DNA from: Azolla caroliniana
Taxonomy: Eukaryota > Plantae > Polypodiophyta
Direction: 5' to 3'
Assembly (NCBI GenBank): GCA_043228905.1
Contig: JBHGNT010000011.1
Location: forward strand, 682,001-746,000
DNA length: 64,000 nucleotides
The notes under the pieces were generated by a model. It made no database searches. It worked only from the letters and a program-made list of their open reading frames with translations, and was not told the DNA's origin. Of the stretch, positions 13,674-25,899 are shown in pieces. A program made the translations under genes and the position numbers. How positions within the stretch are numbered: position 1 is the stretch's first letter; every line of letters starts with the position of its first letter.

Positions 13674-13746
13674 GCGCTTGTGGCCTAATGGATAAGGCAC
13701 TTGACTTCTAATCAAGGGATTGTGGGTTCGAGTCCCACCAAGCGTG
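13674..13746 (+). tRNA. trnR: tRNA-Arg(TCT), copy 4
   Basis: Identical to copy 2. Confidence 0.92.
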
Positions 13747-14365
13747 CGATACGAAGAAGAAACACCATGATGCACACTGAGACTAAACAATAACGCAACA
13801 CCGAATTCGTATTCCTTGCAAGGTACCTCGTACATAACGATGGTTATCCAAACCAAGCAGTTGTATTGTAATGCATAAGGCACTTGACATCTAAAGAAAG
13901 GATTTTTTGTTTGAGTCCTACCACATGTGCAACATGCAGAGGAGGAAACCGTGATCGTATTTCCTTGTAACTAACATCGTGGACATCAAGCTTATCAACA
14001 ACGTGACAATATGCCAGTAAGAGGAACCCGTGATCCATTTCCTTTTAAAACCCCACATAGCAAGACAAAACAATAAGTCATCAACGAATCCATTGTCTAA
14101 CTTCAAATTAGAATTCTCTCGAACATAATTCATTATTAAAATTTATCAAAAGGAAACCGTGATCCTATTTCCTTGTAACTAACATCCTGGACATCATGGC
14201 TTATCAACAACGTGACAATATGCCAATAAGAGGAACTCGTGATCCATTTCCTTGTAAAACCCTACATAGCAAGACAAAAGAATAAGTCGACAACGAATCC
14301 ATTGTCTAACTCCAAATTAGAATTCTCTCGAAGGTAATTCATTATTAAGAATTTATCAAAACCAA

Positions 14366-14438
14366 GCGCTTGTGGCCTAATGGATAAGGCACTTGACTTC
14401 TAATCAAGGGATTGTGGGTTCGAGTCCCACCAAGCGTG
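14366..14438 (+). tRNA. trnR: tRNA-Arg(TCT), copy 5
   Basis: Identical to copy 2. Confidence 0.92.
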
Positions 14439-14754
14439 CGATACGAAGAAGAAACACCATGATGCACACGTACCTTGCAATAACGTAACATCGAATTCGT
14501 ATTCCTTGTAAGGTACCTCGCACATAACGATGGTTATCCAAACCAAGCAGTTGTATTGTAATGAATAAGGCACTTGACAAGATGCAGATGAGGAAACCGT
14601 GATCGTATTTCCTTGTAACTAACATCCTGGACATCAAGCTTATCAACAACGTGACAATATGCCAATAAGAGGAACCCGTGATCCATTTCCTTGTAAAACC
14701 CCATATAGCAAGACAAAACAATAAGTCAACAACGAATTCATTGTCTAACTTCAA

Positions 14755-14827
14755 GCGCTTGTGGCCTAATGTATAACACACTTGACTTCTAATCAAGGGA
14801 TTATGGGTTCGAGTCGCACTAAGCGTA
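14755..14827 (+). pseudogene. tRNA-Arg(TCT) pseudogene, copy 6
   Basis: D-loop GG changed to GT, D stem and T stem broken, upstream leader deleted. Confidence 0.85.
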
Positions 14828-14869
14828 CGATATGACGGTTATTCATTATTAAGAATTTATCAAAACCAA

Positions 14870-14942
14870 GCGCTTGTGGCCTAATGGATAAGGCACTTGA
14901 CTTCTAATCAAGGGATTGTGGGTTCGAGTCCCACCAAGCGTG
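14870..14942 (+). tRNA. trnR: tRNA-Arg(TCT), copy 7
   Basis: Identical to copy 2. Confidence 0.92.
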
Positions 14943-14972
14943 CCATACGAAGAAGAAACACCATGATGCACA

Positions 14973-15034
14973 CTAATGGATAAGGCACTTGACTTCTAAT
15001 CAAGGGATTGTGGGTTCGAGTCCCACCAAGCGTG
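14973..15034 (+). pseudogene. 5'-truncated tRNA-Arg(TCT), copy 8
   Basis: Starts at CTAATGGATAAGG; the first 11 nt are missing. Confidence 0.85.
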
Positions 15035-15417
15035 CGATACGAAGAAGAAACACCATGATGCACACTGAGACTAAACAATAACACAACATCGAATTCGTAT
15101 TCCTTGCAAGGTACCTCGTACATAGCGATGGTTATCCAAACCAAGCAGTTGTATTGTAATGCATAAGGCACTTGACATCTAAAGAAGGGATTTTTGGTTT
15201 GAGTCCTACCACATGTGCAACATGCAGATGAGGAAACCGTGATTGTATTTCCTTGTAACTAACATCGTGGACATCAAGCTTATCAACAACGTGACAATAT
15301 GCCAGTAAGAGGAATCCGTGATCCATTTCCTTTTAAAACCCCACATAGCAAGACAAAACAATAAGTCATCAACGAATACATTGTCTAACTTCAAATTAGA
15401 ATTCTCTCGAACATAAT

Positions 15418-15745
15418 TGTTGAGCGGCAAGCTCAACCGGAGCCGGATCGGCTGAATAAGCCGGAGCCGGTAAGTGTGACAGATCGGGTGAAACGGATCG
15501 GTATTACGGTGAGCAACCGAACCAGCAAGCAGTGGAGGCCGGGTGCAATCCGTAACCGGAAGTCCAATCGGAAACCTAGTGTAGGATAGACTACTAGGTA
15601 GCTATAGTCTCGTAGTAAGTGTCAGATGCTCGTGTGAGCATTGAAGTATATGGTACTTCTGGAAGTCCCAAGAGGACTTGTATAAATAGTGCTACTTAGC
15701 ATAGTGTGTGTACAGAGTTTTGATATAATTTTGAAATTGTGTTCT

Positions 15746-15813
<68 letters not shown>

Positions 15814-18800
15814 GTTCTCTGTTTTACGCTTCCACAAATATTTACGTTCACATTGTATCAGAGCGCGAGGGTTGAGAACCTCTGCTGCAGACATTTACTC
15901 TTGAGAAGAAAACCCTAAAAGGTCGAAAACAGACACAGTAGAAGACATGGATAGAGGCATGGCTACGTCGCTCCCGGTGGAGAAGCTCGACAGGAGCAAC
16001 TGCGCATCCTGGTCTTACAAGATGCACCAGTACTTGCTTGGACACGAGTACTGGAGTTATGTCGAAGGAGCGAATGATGCGGCGCCCGACTCGGCACACA
16101 AGGACTTCCCGGTATGGGAACAGGCGGCAAGCAGGGTGATGTACTGCTTCGCGTCCAGTGTCGGCGATCAGCTGCTCAACCACATCCGTGACGCCAAGAC
16201 ACCGAAGGATGCTTGGGGGAACCTGAAAAAGGTTTTCGCCGCAAGCACCACTGCCCGGAAGCTGCAACTCAGACAGAAGTTGAGCAATGTTCGACAGAAG
16301 AAAATGTTCGTGGCAGACTACACGGGCCGGATAAAGGAGATCTGCAACTCGCTGGCCTCTATCAATGTTACCGTAGAGGAAGACGAGATGGTGGAGGTAT
16401 GTCTCGGAGGCCTGGCGTCCAAGTTTGGAGCGTTCCGGACTGCGGTGTGTACAAGGGAGAATACCCCCTCATTCTTTGACTTACAGTCGATGCTCCTTGT
16501 AGAGGAGAACCACGCCGGTGCATCTACCAGTGCATCCCCGGACAGCCGAATGTTGTACACAGGAACGGATCGACTTCGTGGGTGTGGTGGAAGAGGTGGG
16601 TCGGCATGCAATGGAGGCGGCCGGCAAGAGCAGGAACGGAGGCACTATGAGCGTGCCGACAGCAGTTTCGGGACTTCCACAAGCAGGGGGAGTCAAGGCG
16701 GTGCCGGAGGCCGGCAAGACAAATCCGCTACGGAATGCTGGTACTGTGGCAAAAAAGGCCACAGGGAAAGCGAGTGCTGGAGAAAGCGTGCCGATTCGGA
16801 CAAATCCGGATCCGGCAAGACTTGTAAGGATGGCCGGCAAAACTCGCACTACGCAAACGGATCAGGAGGATTCGGAACCGGAAAGGCCGGTAAGGGGCCA
16901 GCCTTGGTGATGAATCACAAGGCAAACTCAATGTAGAAGACCACTTCCAAAACGGAGGAAGTGTGGTATGTTGATTCCGGCGTGTCAAACCACATGACGA
17001 GCCACAAAGAGTGGTTCTCCTTTCTGGAGAAACCGGATCCACCAGGAGTAGTCGAAACCGGAGACGACACTCCTCACCCAATCGTGCACGTCGGAGAAGT
17101 CCCTCTAAGCCACGTCGGACAGAAAGGGAAGTTGATGAACATATTACACGTTCCGACAATCACGAAGAACCTGGTGTCCGTCTGTCAGATTGTCGACCAG
17201 GGGATGCAGGTGCGGTTTACGCACCTCGGGTGCTTCATTGAGGATGAGGGCGAAGTCATTGCGCAAGGGCGCAGAGACGGGAGGATGTTTATCCTCAACA
17301 CCAATGACTTTGGCACCTCTCTGTTCGCGAAACGACAGAAGGTCGAGTCAGACATCGACTTGTGGCACAAGCGGATAGGCCACGTCTACTACCGGAGGCT
17401 TCAAGTCCTGCAAACGAAACAAGTCGTTTTCGGTTTGCCGAAGTTCAGCGGCCAGAGAGCCGAAATTTGTGAAGCCTGCCAACTTGGGAAGCAACACCGG
17501 CTTCCATTCCCCACTGAACGGAACCGGAGCCGTAACAAGCTCGATCTCATCCATTCGGATGTGTGGGGACCGGCACAAAGTGTAAACCTTGGCGGGAGCC
17601 AATACTTCGTCTCCTTCATCGACGACTATACTCGATATACTTGGATCTACCTCATTGAGCGGAAGAGCGAAGTCTTCGATTGTTTCCGGAGCCTCCAGAA
17701 GATGGTGGAACGGGAATCGGAGAGGAAGATCAAATGCCTTCGGTCGGATGGCGGAAAGGAATATTTTTCCGGAGCCGAACTTAAGACACCTTCGGATATT
17801 CGGCAGCATAGCGTATGTGCATGTGCCGGATCAGAAGCGGAGAAAGCTGGATGCAAAATCGGAAAAATGCATCCTAGTCGGCTATGCTCAAGAGCAAAAG
17901 GGGTATAAGTGCTATAACCCCCGGACGAAGGAAGTCCGAGTTAGCCAGGATGTCGAGTTCGATGAATCGGCATCCTGGTACTCCGTACCGACTCTGACTT
18001 CCGATCCCAACCCAATGCCGGAAGATTAGGCCAGTGAGCCTGAATCAGCCCTGGCAGAGGATGATGAAGCTGGGACTCAATATGAGAGTCCGGAATCGTT
18101 ACGGTTGAGTGGACCGAACGAGCGACTGAGTCGGTTGGACCAGTCGGATGAAGAGACGGCAAGTGGTGCAGACTCTGCCGTGCTCTCCCGCGCAAGGAAC
18201 CGAGGAAACGGTTCACGCGCAAAGAGAAGGGGAAGAGGAAGATGCCGAAATTCGAAATCGGCAACAATGAGTCGGATCGATGCGTATCCGACTCCGGAAA
18301 GGAGAAAGGCGGATCTTCGGCAACAAAGACCGAACTAGCCAAGAAGGGCCTCAAATCAGGTGACGGTGCATTGCGCCGATCAACCCGCCAGAAGGATCCC
18401 GTCATGTGGTACGGGTACAATGAATACATGGCGCATCATTATGCGTACATGACTAAGGTGACAGAAGTGCGTGAGCCGGAGAGCTACGCAGAAGCGGCAA
18501 AGGACGCAAATTGGCGTGCCGCTATGGACGAAGAAATGTGGGCACTCGATGCCAACGAAACTTGGGACCTAGTTGATCCTCCCCGTCACTGTAAACCGAT
18601 CGGATGCAAGTGGGTGTACAAGCTCAAGTACAACGCCGACGGTTCTGTTAACCGGTACAAAGCCCGGTTAGTGGTGAAGGGATACGCGTAGACCCACGGA
18701 ATCGACTACGACGAGACCTTCACTCCTGTGGCGAAGATGACGACGGTTCGTGTGGTACTGGCGGTTGCTGCGGCAAGGGGGTGGCATCTTCACCAGATGG

Positions 18801-21003
18801 ATGTGAAGAATGCCTTCCTTCAAGGAGAGCTTGAAGAAGAAGTCTTTATGACTCAGCCCCCCGGATTTCAATCAGAGATGAACAAGTCGGCGGTATGCCG
18901 ACTGAAGAAGTCGCTTTACGGCTTGAAGCAAGCCCCCCGAGCTTGGAACGCGAAGATCACACACCGGTTGCGTAAGATGGGGTTTGCTGTCTCTAAGTCG
19001 GACTCTTCGTTGTTCATCCGGCAAGGCTCTGACGATCCGGTATGTATACTCTTGTATGTGGATGATTTAGTCATCACTGGACCGGGTCTTCCCGAAATCA
19101 ACCGCGTCAAGTCCCAGTTGTCGGACGCATTCGAAATGAAGGACCTGGGGGACCTTCATTATTTTCTTGGGATCGAAGTGATCCAGACCCCCGACGGCAT
19201 ATTGCTCTCACAACGACATTACGTGTTGAATATGCTGTATAAGTTCGGCATGACGGATTGTCGACCTGTCTCCACACCCCTGGACCGGAACCAGAAGCTC
19301 CATCCCAACTCCGGACCGGCCTGCAATGAGAAACGGTTCCGACAGGTTGTCGGAAGCCTGATCTACTTAACCATCACCCGACCCGACATCAGCTATCCGG
19401 TCGGCATGGTAAGTCAGTTCATGCAGAAGACGACCGTGGAGCATCTTCAATGCGCGCAACGAATATTACGGTATGTCAACGGCACTAAGGACCGGGGACT
19501 GCTATACCGGCTAGGTATACCCGACGAGCTTGTCGGTTACACAGATGCTGACTGGGCCGGCGATGCGTATGATCGCCGCTCCACTTCTGGATACATGTTC
19601 TCCATAGGTAGCGCGGCCGTTGCGTGGAGCAGCAAGAAGCAACCCATAGTGGCTTTGTCAAGCACTGAGGCTGAGTACCGGGCCGCTACCGTTGCCACTT
19701 GTGAAGCCATCTGGCTTCGGCGACTGCTACGAGACTTGCGGATCGAGGTACCGACCCCGATCCCGATTTACTGCGATAACATGAGCAGCCTGCAGCTCGC
19801 CAGGAACCCTGTGTTCCATGCTCGCACAAAGCACATCGAGGTGCACTACCACTTCATGCGTGAGCGGGTCCTGAGCGGTGAAGTTGACCTACGGTATGTT
19901 CATACGGATCGGCAAGTTGCCGACATCTTCACCAAGCCACTCGGATCGGACAAGTTGCAGCACTTTACCGACATGCTTGGTATTCAGCATCTCGATGTGC
20001 CGCACTTGAGGGGGAGAAGCAAGGGCAAAGTCTCTACCGAAACGGGCAAAGGCCAAAAAAACTGTTGAACCCGTCAGTAAGAGGAGATCCGGAAGAAGAG
20101 GAGACAAGAAGATGAAGGAAGTCGACACATCCGAACAAGTCGGAGCAAGCGGCTGTGAAGAAGAGTTGTGCACTCAGGAAGAGAAGTGCATGCTGTGCGG
20201 AGGTCATCACGACGGTACTGACCATGATGCGGAGTCGAATGAAGAATTCGATTTCGGTTCACCGGCTGAAGAAGTTGAGGGAAGCATGGAGAAGGCCAAG
20301 ACTTGGAAGCCGGAAGTCGAATCGGAGTGTACCGATTCGGACAAGAGCTGGAACGAGTCGGAGACATTTGACTCGGATCAACAGATGGATCTGGACGAGT
20401 TGGATCGACAGAAGGCCAAGGGGACACGAACACAGCGGAAGTCGATGCCATCGTGGGAGAACCGACGGATCGGCAAGCGTCGGAGTCACAGCAACGTGAG
20501 TGCTGAGATGGGCCTATTGAGCAGACATGCCGACCGAGAGGGTCGAGGCACGCAGAACCAAAGGGGTCGCGGCAAACGGGACCGGACCGGACGAGGAGCG
20601 CGAGCAAGGTGGAGTGATGCCAAGAGAAGTCGGTTGGAAGAACCGACTGCCACAGAGGTCGACACTATGACCCCACCTCAGGTTGAGCTTGAGGGGGAGT
20701 GTTGAGCGGCAAGCTCAACCGGAGCTGGTAAGCGAGACGGATCGGGTGAAACAGATCGGTATTACGGTGAGCAACCGAACCGCCAAGCAGTGGAGGCCGG
20801 GTGCAATCCGTAACCGGAAGTCCAATCGGAAACCTAGTATAGGATAGACTACTAGGTAGCTATAGTCTCGTAGTAAGTGTCAGATGCTCGTGTGAGCATT
20901 GAAGTACATGGTACTTCTGTAAGTCCCAAGAGGACTTGTATAAATAGTGCTACTTAGCACAGTGTGTGTACAGAGTTTTGATATAATTTTGAAATTGTGT
21001 TCT

Positions 21004-21046
<43 letters not shown>

Positions 21047-21088
21047 GTTGTTCTCTGTTTTACGCTTCCGCAAACACTTACGTTCACA
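15418..21088 (+). mobile_element. Ty1/copia retrotransposon with both LTRs (15418-15852, 20700-21088), pseudogenised gag-pol
   Basis: TG...CA LTRs and perfect 5-bp TSD ATAAT (15413-17 / 21089-93). PBS T(T)GTATCAGAGC at 15853 and PPT at 20690-20699. gag with CWYCGKKGHRESEC, protease WYVDSG, integrase with an internal deletion near 17772, RT LYVDD and RNase H. Several in-frame stops. Confidence 0.96.
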
Positions 21089-21329
21089 ATAATTCATTAT
21101 TAAAATTTATCAAAACGAAACTGTGATCCTATTTCCTTGTAACTAACATCCTGGACATCATGGCTTATCAACAACGTGACAATATGCCAATAAGAGGAAC
21201 TCGTGATCCATTTCCTTGTAAAACCCTACATAGCAAGACAAAACAATAAGTCGACAACGAATCCATTGTCTAACTCCAAATTAGAATTCTCTCGAAGGTA
21301 ATTCATTATTAAGAATTTATCAAAACCAA

Positions 21330-21402
21330 GCGCTTGTGGCCTAATGGATAAGGCACTTGACTTCTAATCAAGGGATTGTGGGTTCGAGTCCCACCAAGCG
21401 TG
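21330..21402 (+). tRNA. trnR: tRNA-Arg(TCT), copy 9
   Basis: Identical to copy 2. Confidence 0.92.
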
Positions 21403-21768
21403 CGATACAAAGAAGAAACACCATGATGCACACTTACCTTGCAATAACGTAACATCGAATTCGTATTCCTTGCAAGGTACCTCGCACATAACGATGGTTA
21501 TCCAAACCAAGCAGTTGTATTGTAATGAATAAGGCACTTGACAAGATGCAGATGAGGAAACCGTGATCGTATTTCCTTGTAACTAACATCCTGGACATCA
21601 AGCTTATCAACAACGTGACAATATGCCAATAAGAGGAACCCTTGATCCATTTCCTTGTAAAACCCCATATAGCAAGACAAAACAATAAGTCAACAACGAA
21701 TTCATTGTCTAACTTCAAATTAGAATTCTCTCGAAGGTAATTCATTATTAAGAATTTATCAAAAACAA

Positions 21769-21841
21769 GCGCTTGTGGCCTAATGTATAACGCACTTGAC
21801 ATCTAATCAAGGGATTGTGGGTTCAAGTCGCACTAAGCGTG
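21769..21841 (+). pseudogene. tRNA-Arg pseudogene, copy 10
   Basis: Shares lesions with copy 6 (TAATGTATAAC, GTCGCACT) and adds U33 to A. Confidence 0.85.
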
Positions 21842-21883
21842 CGATATGAAGGTTATTCATTATTAAGAATTTATCAAAACCAA

Positions 21884-21956
21884 GCGCCTGTGGCCTAATG
21901 GATAAGGCACTTGACTTCTAATCAAGAGATTGTGGGTTCTAGTCCCACCAAGCGTG
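21884..21956 (+). tRNA. trnR: tRNA-Arg(TCT), copy 11, probably defective
   Basis: 73 nt, with a C5:A68 acceptor mismatch and B-box TTCTA instead of TTCGA. Confidence 0.6.
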
Positions 21957-21964
21957 ATACGAAG

Positions 21965-22880
21965 AGCAAAATGGAATACAACCCATAAATGGTGATCAAT
22001 AAATGTAACAATTATTGTTTACATAACTTATTATCAAATTTCGGGTGATGCAAAGAATGTAATTAATTTATTTATATATCTTGATAAGAAGCACAGTACC
22101 TTGTTCATCCAACATTGTTTTTTATTACATTGGAAATGGTTGTTAGATCAACATTTGGAGCTTACTCAACATTGGGTTTGGTCTGATGGAGCTGGATCAC
22201 GATTTAAGGCTAAACAACCATTCTATTTTGTTGGGAGGTATGCTTTTGAATTAGGATTGGAGATAACATGGAACCTTTTCAAGTTTGGCCATGGAAAAGG
22301 TGAATGTGATGGAGCAAGTGCAATTATAAAACGAGCACTTACTCATGAACGACTAAAGGTAGATGGTGTGCATATGAATTGTGTCACTCATGTAGTGGAT
22401 TAGTTAAGAAAGTATATGTCATCTAGTCCAATTGGTGTTTACTCTTCATAGGTTCGAGATATCAAACACGTATTTTGGAAAGTGAGGATAGATGAAGTAA
22501 ATAGAGAGAAGACGTGGGAGTGCCAAGGAATCCATAAACTGTGATCTCTTCACCCTGTTCATGGTTATTCTATGAGGGATGGTCATTGTATTGTAGTTAT
22601 AGAAGTAACACGTTTTTGCTACCAATGCATATAGGGAAACGGGAGTGGATTCAATGTCTCTCAATCCATGTGATAATGATATCATGTTCCGTCAGGGTCA
22701 ATATGTGCCGCGGAAGACGATGCAATGAAGAAGAGTTTCTCGGCGTCCTATTGGAGTTAACGACGACATGTGAGAATGATGTACGTATGGTTCATGCTTG
22801 CTTACCTATCGGAGTGGCACCCAGGGGCTAATGGACGGATGGATGGTTGGGTCACGTTTCCGATTACAGGATGGGACACA
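21965..22880 (+). mobile_element. Sola-like DDD transposase remnant, second copy (duplicate of 26339-27272)
   Basis: WVWSDGAGSRFK...WNLF..GHGKGECDGASAIIKR; near-identical to 26339-27272. Confidence 0.6.
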
Positions 22881-24472
22881 TGTTGAGGTGTGCCTGGACC
22901 AAGTAGGATTCTTTCATCCAAAGGTTGTAGAGGCACAAGATTAGGTATATCTTTGTTGTGACGACCTTCTTTTCATAAGTGTCTAAGAGTGTCTTCCATA
23001 GTGGGGAATCGAACACGATTGCACTTTGAGGTACACTGACTCCGACAAGTGCATCCGAATGGTGGCACAGACAATTTAGTCCAACTTTTCCACTCATTCG
23101 ACTTGTATCCTTCGGGAGCATTTTCTGTCTCGATTGGGTTGATTTGACCCTTGATTATTAGATAGTCATGCATTTGTTCCTTCCAAAAGTTGAAGTTCGA
23201 CCCATCGAACTTCCTTAGACTCATCTCGGATGAGCCAGATGTTGATGCCATCTGTGTCGACTTTTTGGAGGTTTTATTCGAAGTTGGCTACAAACAGTGG
23301 TTGGGTGTAGCCGACTGGCTCACTTGAATTCATTCTAGCTGAGTTTGAACATGAGCCGAATCGGATTCTACTGTCGACGCGTTCAATCCAGAGTGACTAC
23401 AGCCGATTGGTCTAGTTGAATTGGACTCGAATTAGCTAATTGATTAGTCGATTGGATTTAGGATGGCAGTTGGGTACTAAACTTGCTTAGAATGACTACA
23501 GTGAGTGGAGGGACAAAGCCGATTGGTCTTCCCGAATATCACTTAGCCTGATTGAGCATAGTTAATTGTAAGTCATGTTCCAATTGCCGATTTCAAAGTG
23601 TCGATCACAAATTGTGTGCCATTTTCCAGGGTGATCCTACTTCGAGTGACTATGACGATTAGAGGAACAAATTTGACTAGTCTTCCCAAATTTTGTCTAG
23701 CCGAATGAAGCACGGATGGGGTTGTTCCTGGGACTGAAGCAACTTCTAGTAGTTACGACGAGTGGGTGGACAATGCTGGATGGCCCGACCGATTGCTATC
23801 AAACTTTATGAAGCACGATTTACAATCGAATTGATGGAAATACCTCACTTCAAGCGGCTATAATCAGAAGGCAAAGTACAGTTGATTGGCCTACTTCAGG
23901 AGTGATTTAGCTCAGCGAAGTGCCAGTTTTCAGGTGTTTTCTTCCTCCAAAGGAATGATCTTGAGAAAGTTGCCGGTTGAGAGATTTTAGTCTGACTGAG
24001 ATCTCAAAATCTAGTCAAGCAAACAAGTCAACAAAAAGTTTTTCTAAGGTTTCCAAAGGGGTGTTGATGAAGATAGATGACGACCGGCAGTGAGTTGAAG
24101 AACCTTGATTTGATCCCAAATGTTGGTGCCAGCTGTCAAGTGTGGAACAAGAATCAACACACTTCCTATGAAGATCTCAAGTAGGTAGCAAATAGTAACA
24201 AATTTAAAGAGTAAAAACAACTTAATCAGAGATAAGATCAAAGAGAAGACATGGAGAATAGAGACACCAAAGTAGGCACACGAAAATGTAACTGTACTAT
24301 TACTTAGAGTTACAAATGACAACAACAACCCCAACAATTAGGTTACAAAAGTCAGTTTAAATACCAATGGATTTAGGGCAACTACCCTTTCCAGTATTTA
24401 CATAATATAGCCTAAAACCTAGTATGTCCAAATGGGACAATGTGAATACGTCTATTATTTCCCGTATTCGAC
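22881..24472 (-). mobile_element. Copia fragment: LTR (24134-24472), PBS-like site, 5' UTR and gag N-terminus
   Basis: TGTC...GACA-bounded block followed on the minus strand by TGGCACCAACATTTGGGATC. The ORF KFDGSNFNFWKEQMHDYLIIK at 22973-23251 is a typical copia gag start. Confidence 0.7.
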
Positions 24473-25058
24473 ACTCCATTACTAGGATGCCCACCGATTT
24501 CGTGTACCACCATCGATAGTTGACACAGACGATCTACTTCCGCTTGCACCTCCGTAGGCATGGTTACATTGACGACCAAATCTACAACAAGATTAATAAC
24601 GAAGGGTAGTTCATTGGAATCCCTTCTTGACGATTGTCGCCTCGACCATCGTCTTCTCTGTAACCAATAAGAAAGATTTGTGCAGGAAACATTTTGGAAT
24701 GAGTCACAACTGCCCTTTCTAGTATGTACATAAATAGCCTAAAACCTAGTATGTCCAAATGGGACAATGTGAATACATCTATTATTTCCCGTATTCGACA
24801 CTCAATGACTAGGATGCCCACCGATTACGTGTACCACCATCGATAGTTGACACAGATGATCTACTTCTGCTTGCACCTCTGTAGGCATGGTTACATTGAC
24901 GACCAAATCTGCAACAAGATTAATAATGAAGGGGAGTTCATTGGCATCCCTTCTTGACGTCATCGCGACTGTCACCTCAACCATCATCTTCTCTGAATTT
25001 AATTTACTCTAACCAATAAGAAAGATTTGTGCAGGAAACATTTTGGAAGGAGTCAATA
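24380..25058. repeat. ~330-bp tandem duplication
   Basis: TAGCCTAAAACCTAGTATGTCC...GGAAACATTTTGGAA occurs twice (from 24408 and 24736). Confidence 0.85.
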
Positions 25059-25899
25059 CGAGGAGCATCCCATTCACCTTCTTGATGTACCTGAAGTATT
25101 TATATTTATCTTATTCATGTTATTAGTGATAATAAGCCAAGATCACTCAAAATGAATATTTCTAGCTACTATTTATTAACCACAACTATTTTATTATCTA
25201 ATTCTCTAATTATTTATACAATAGTAGCCACAACTAGTTAGCCTCTAATAACTAATAAACATCATGTTAGATCACCTATTTCCTACATCAACTAGCATCC
25301 ATAACTAATTAAATACGAATAACGAATAAGCTATTTGCATTACAATAGCTACTAGGCATAATTAACTATCTATAAAGGAAAATATGTTATTCCATAGTTA
25401 ATTAGTTACATCAGGTAGTAGCCACAACTAATTAACTATTAAAAATTAATAAGTTTTTTACATTACCATAGCTAGTAGCCACAACTCGCTAACTAAGAAG
25501 GAAAATACATTATTCAATAACTAATTAACTACATGAGCTAGTAATTATAGCTAATTAGCTACAAAAAACTGATAAGCTACTTACATTACCATAACTACTC
25601 GCCCCAACTCACTAGCTAAGAAGGAACATACATTATTCAACAACTAATGAACTACACATGGTAGTAGCCATAGCTAAATCACTACAAAAAACTAATAAGC
25701 TGCTTCAACTAGTAGTTGTAACTAAATAACTACTAATAACTTTAACTAGTTACACTACATCAACTTTTATTCATAGCTTATTAGCTATAGGTAAATAACT
25801 ACTAATAACTTTAACAATTAGTAGCTATAGTGAAATAGCTACTAATTGTTAACCATCACCATAGCTCCTTACTATAGGATGTGGTATGAATTTGTAAAT

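Larger units (their letters stand above)
11451..21960 (+). repeat. Tandem tRNA-Arg(UCU) gene array with ~207-bp spacer modules, split by a Copia insertion at 15418-21088
   Basis: Recurrent units of about 390-690 bp, each with AAACCGTGATC..TTTCCTTGTAA..TTATCAAAAC modules and a tRNA. Higher-order duplications of ~1.2 kb, e.g. 11285-12518 vs 12520-13755. Confidence 0.93.

Noticed and set aside
11541-15436. Family of recurring short minus-strand ORFs (MNYLRENSNLKLDNGF...)
   Set aside because: These are translations of the array repeat and of antisense tRNA, with variable frames and stops.
20074-20607. Antisense ORFs overlapping Copia and other retroelement regions
   Set aside because: Shadow ORFs of GC-rich TE sequence with no recognisable motifs.
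11451-21960. CRISPR-like repeat-spacer array
   Set aside because: The spacers are themselves repeated, the repeats are tRNA genes, there are no cas genes, and the context is eukaryotic.
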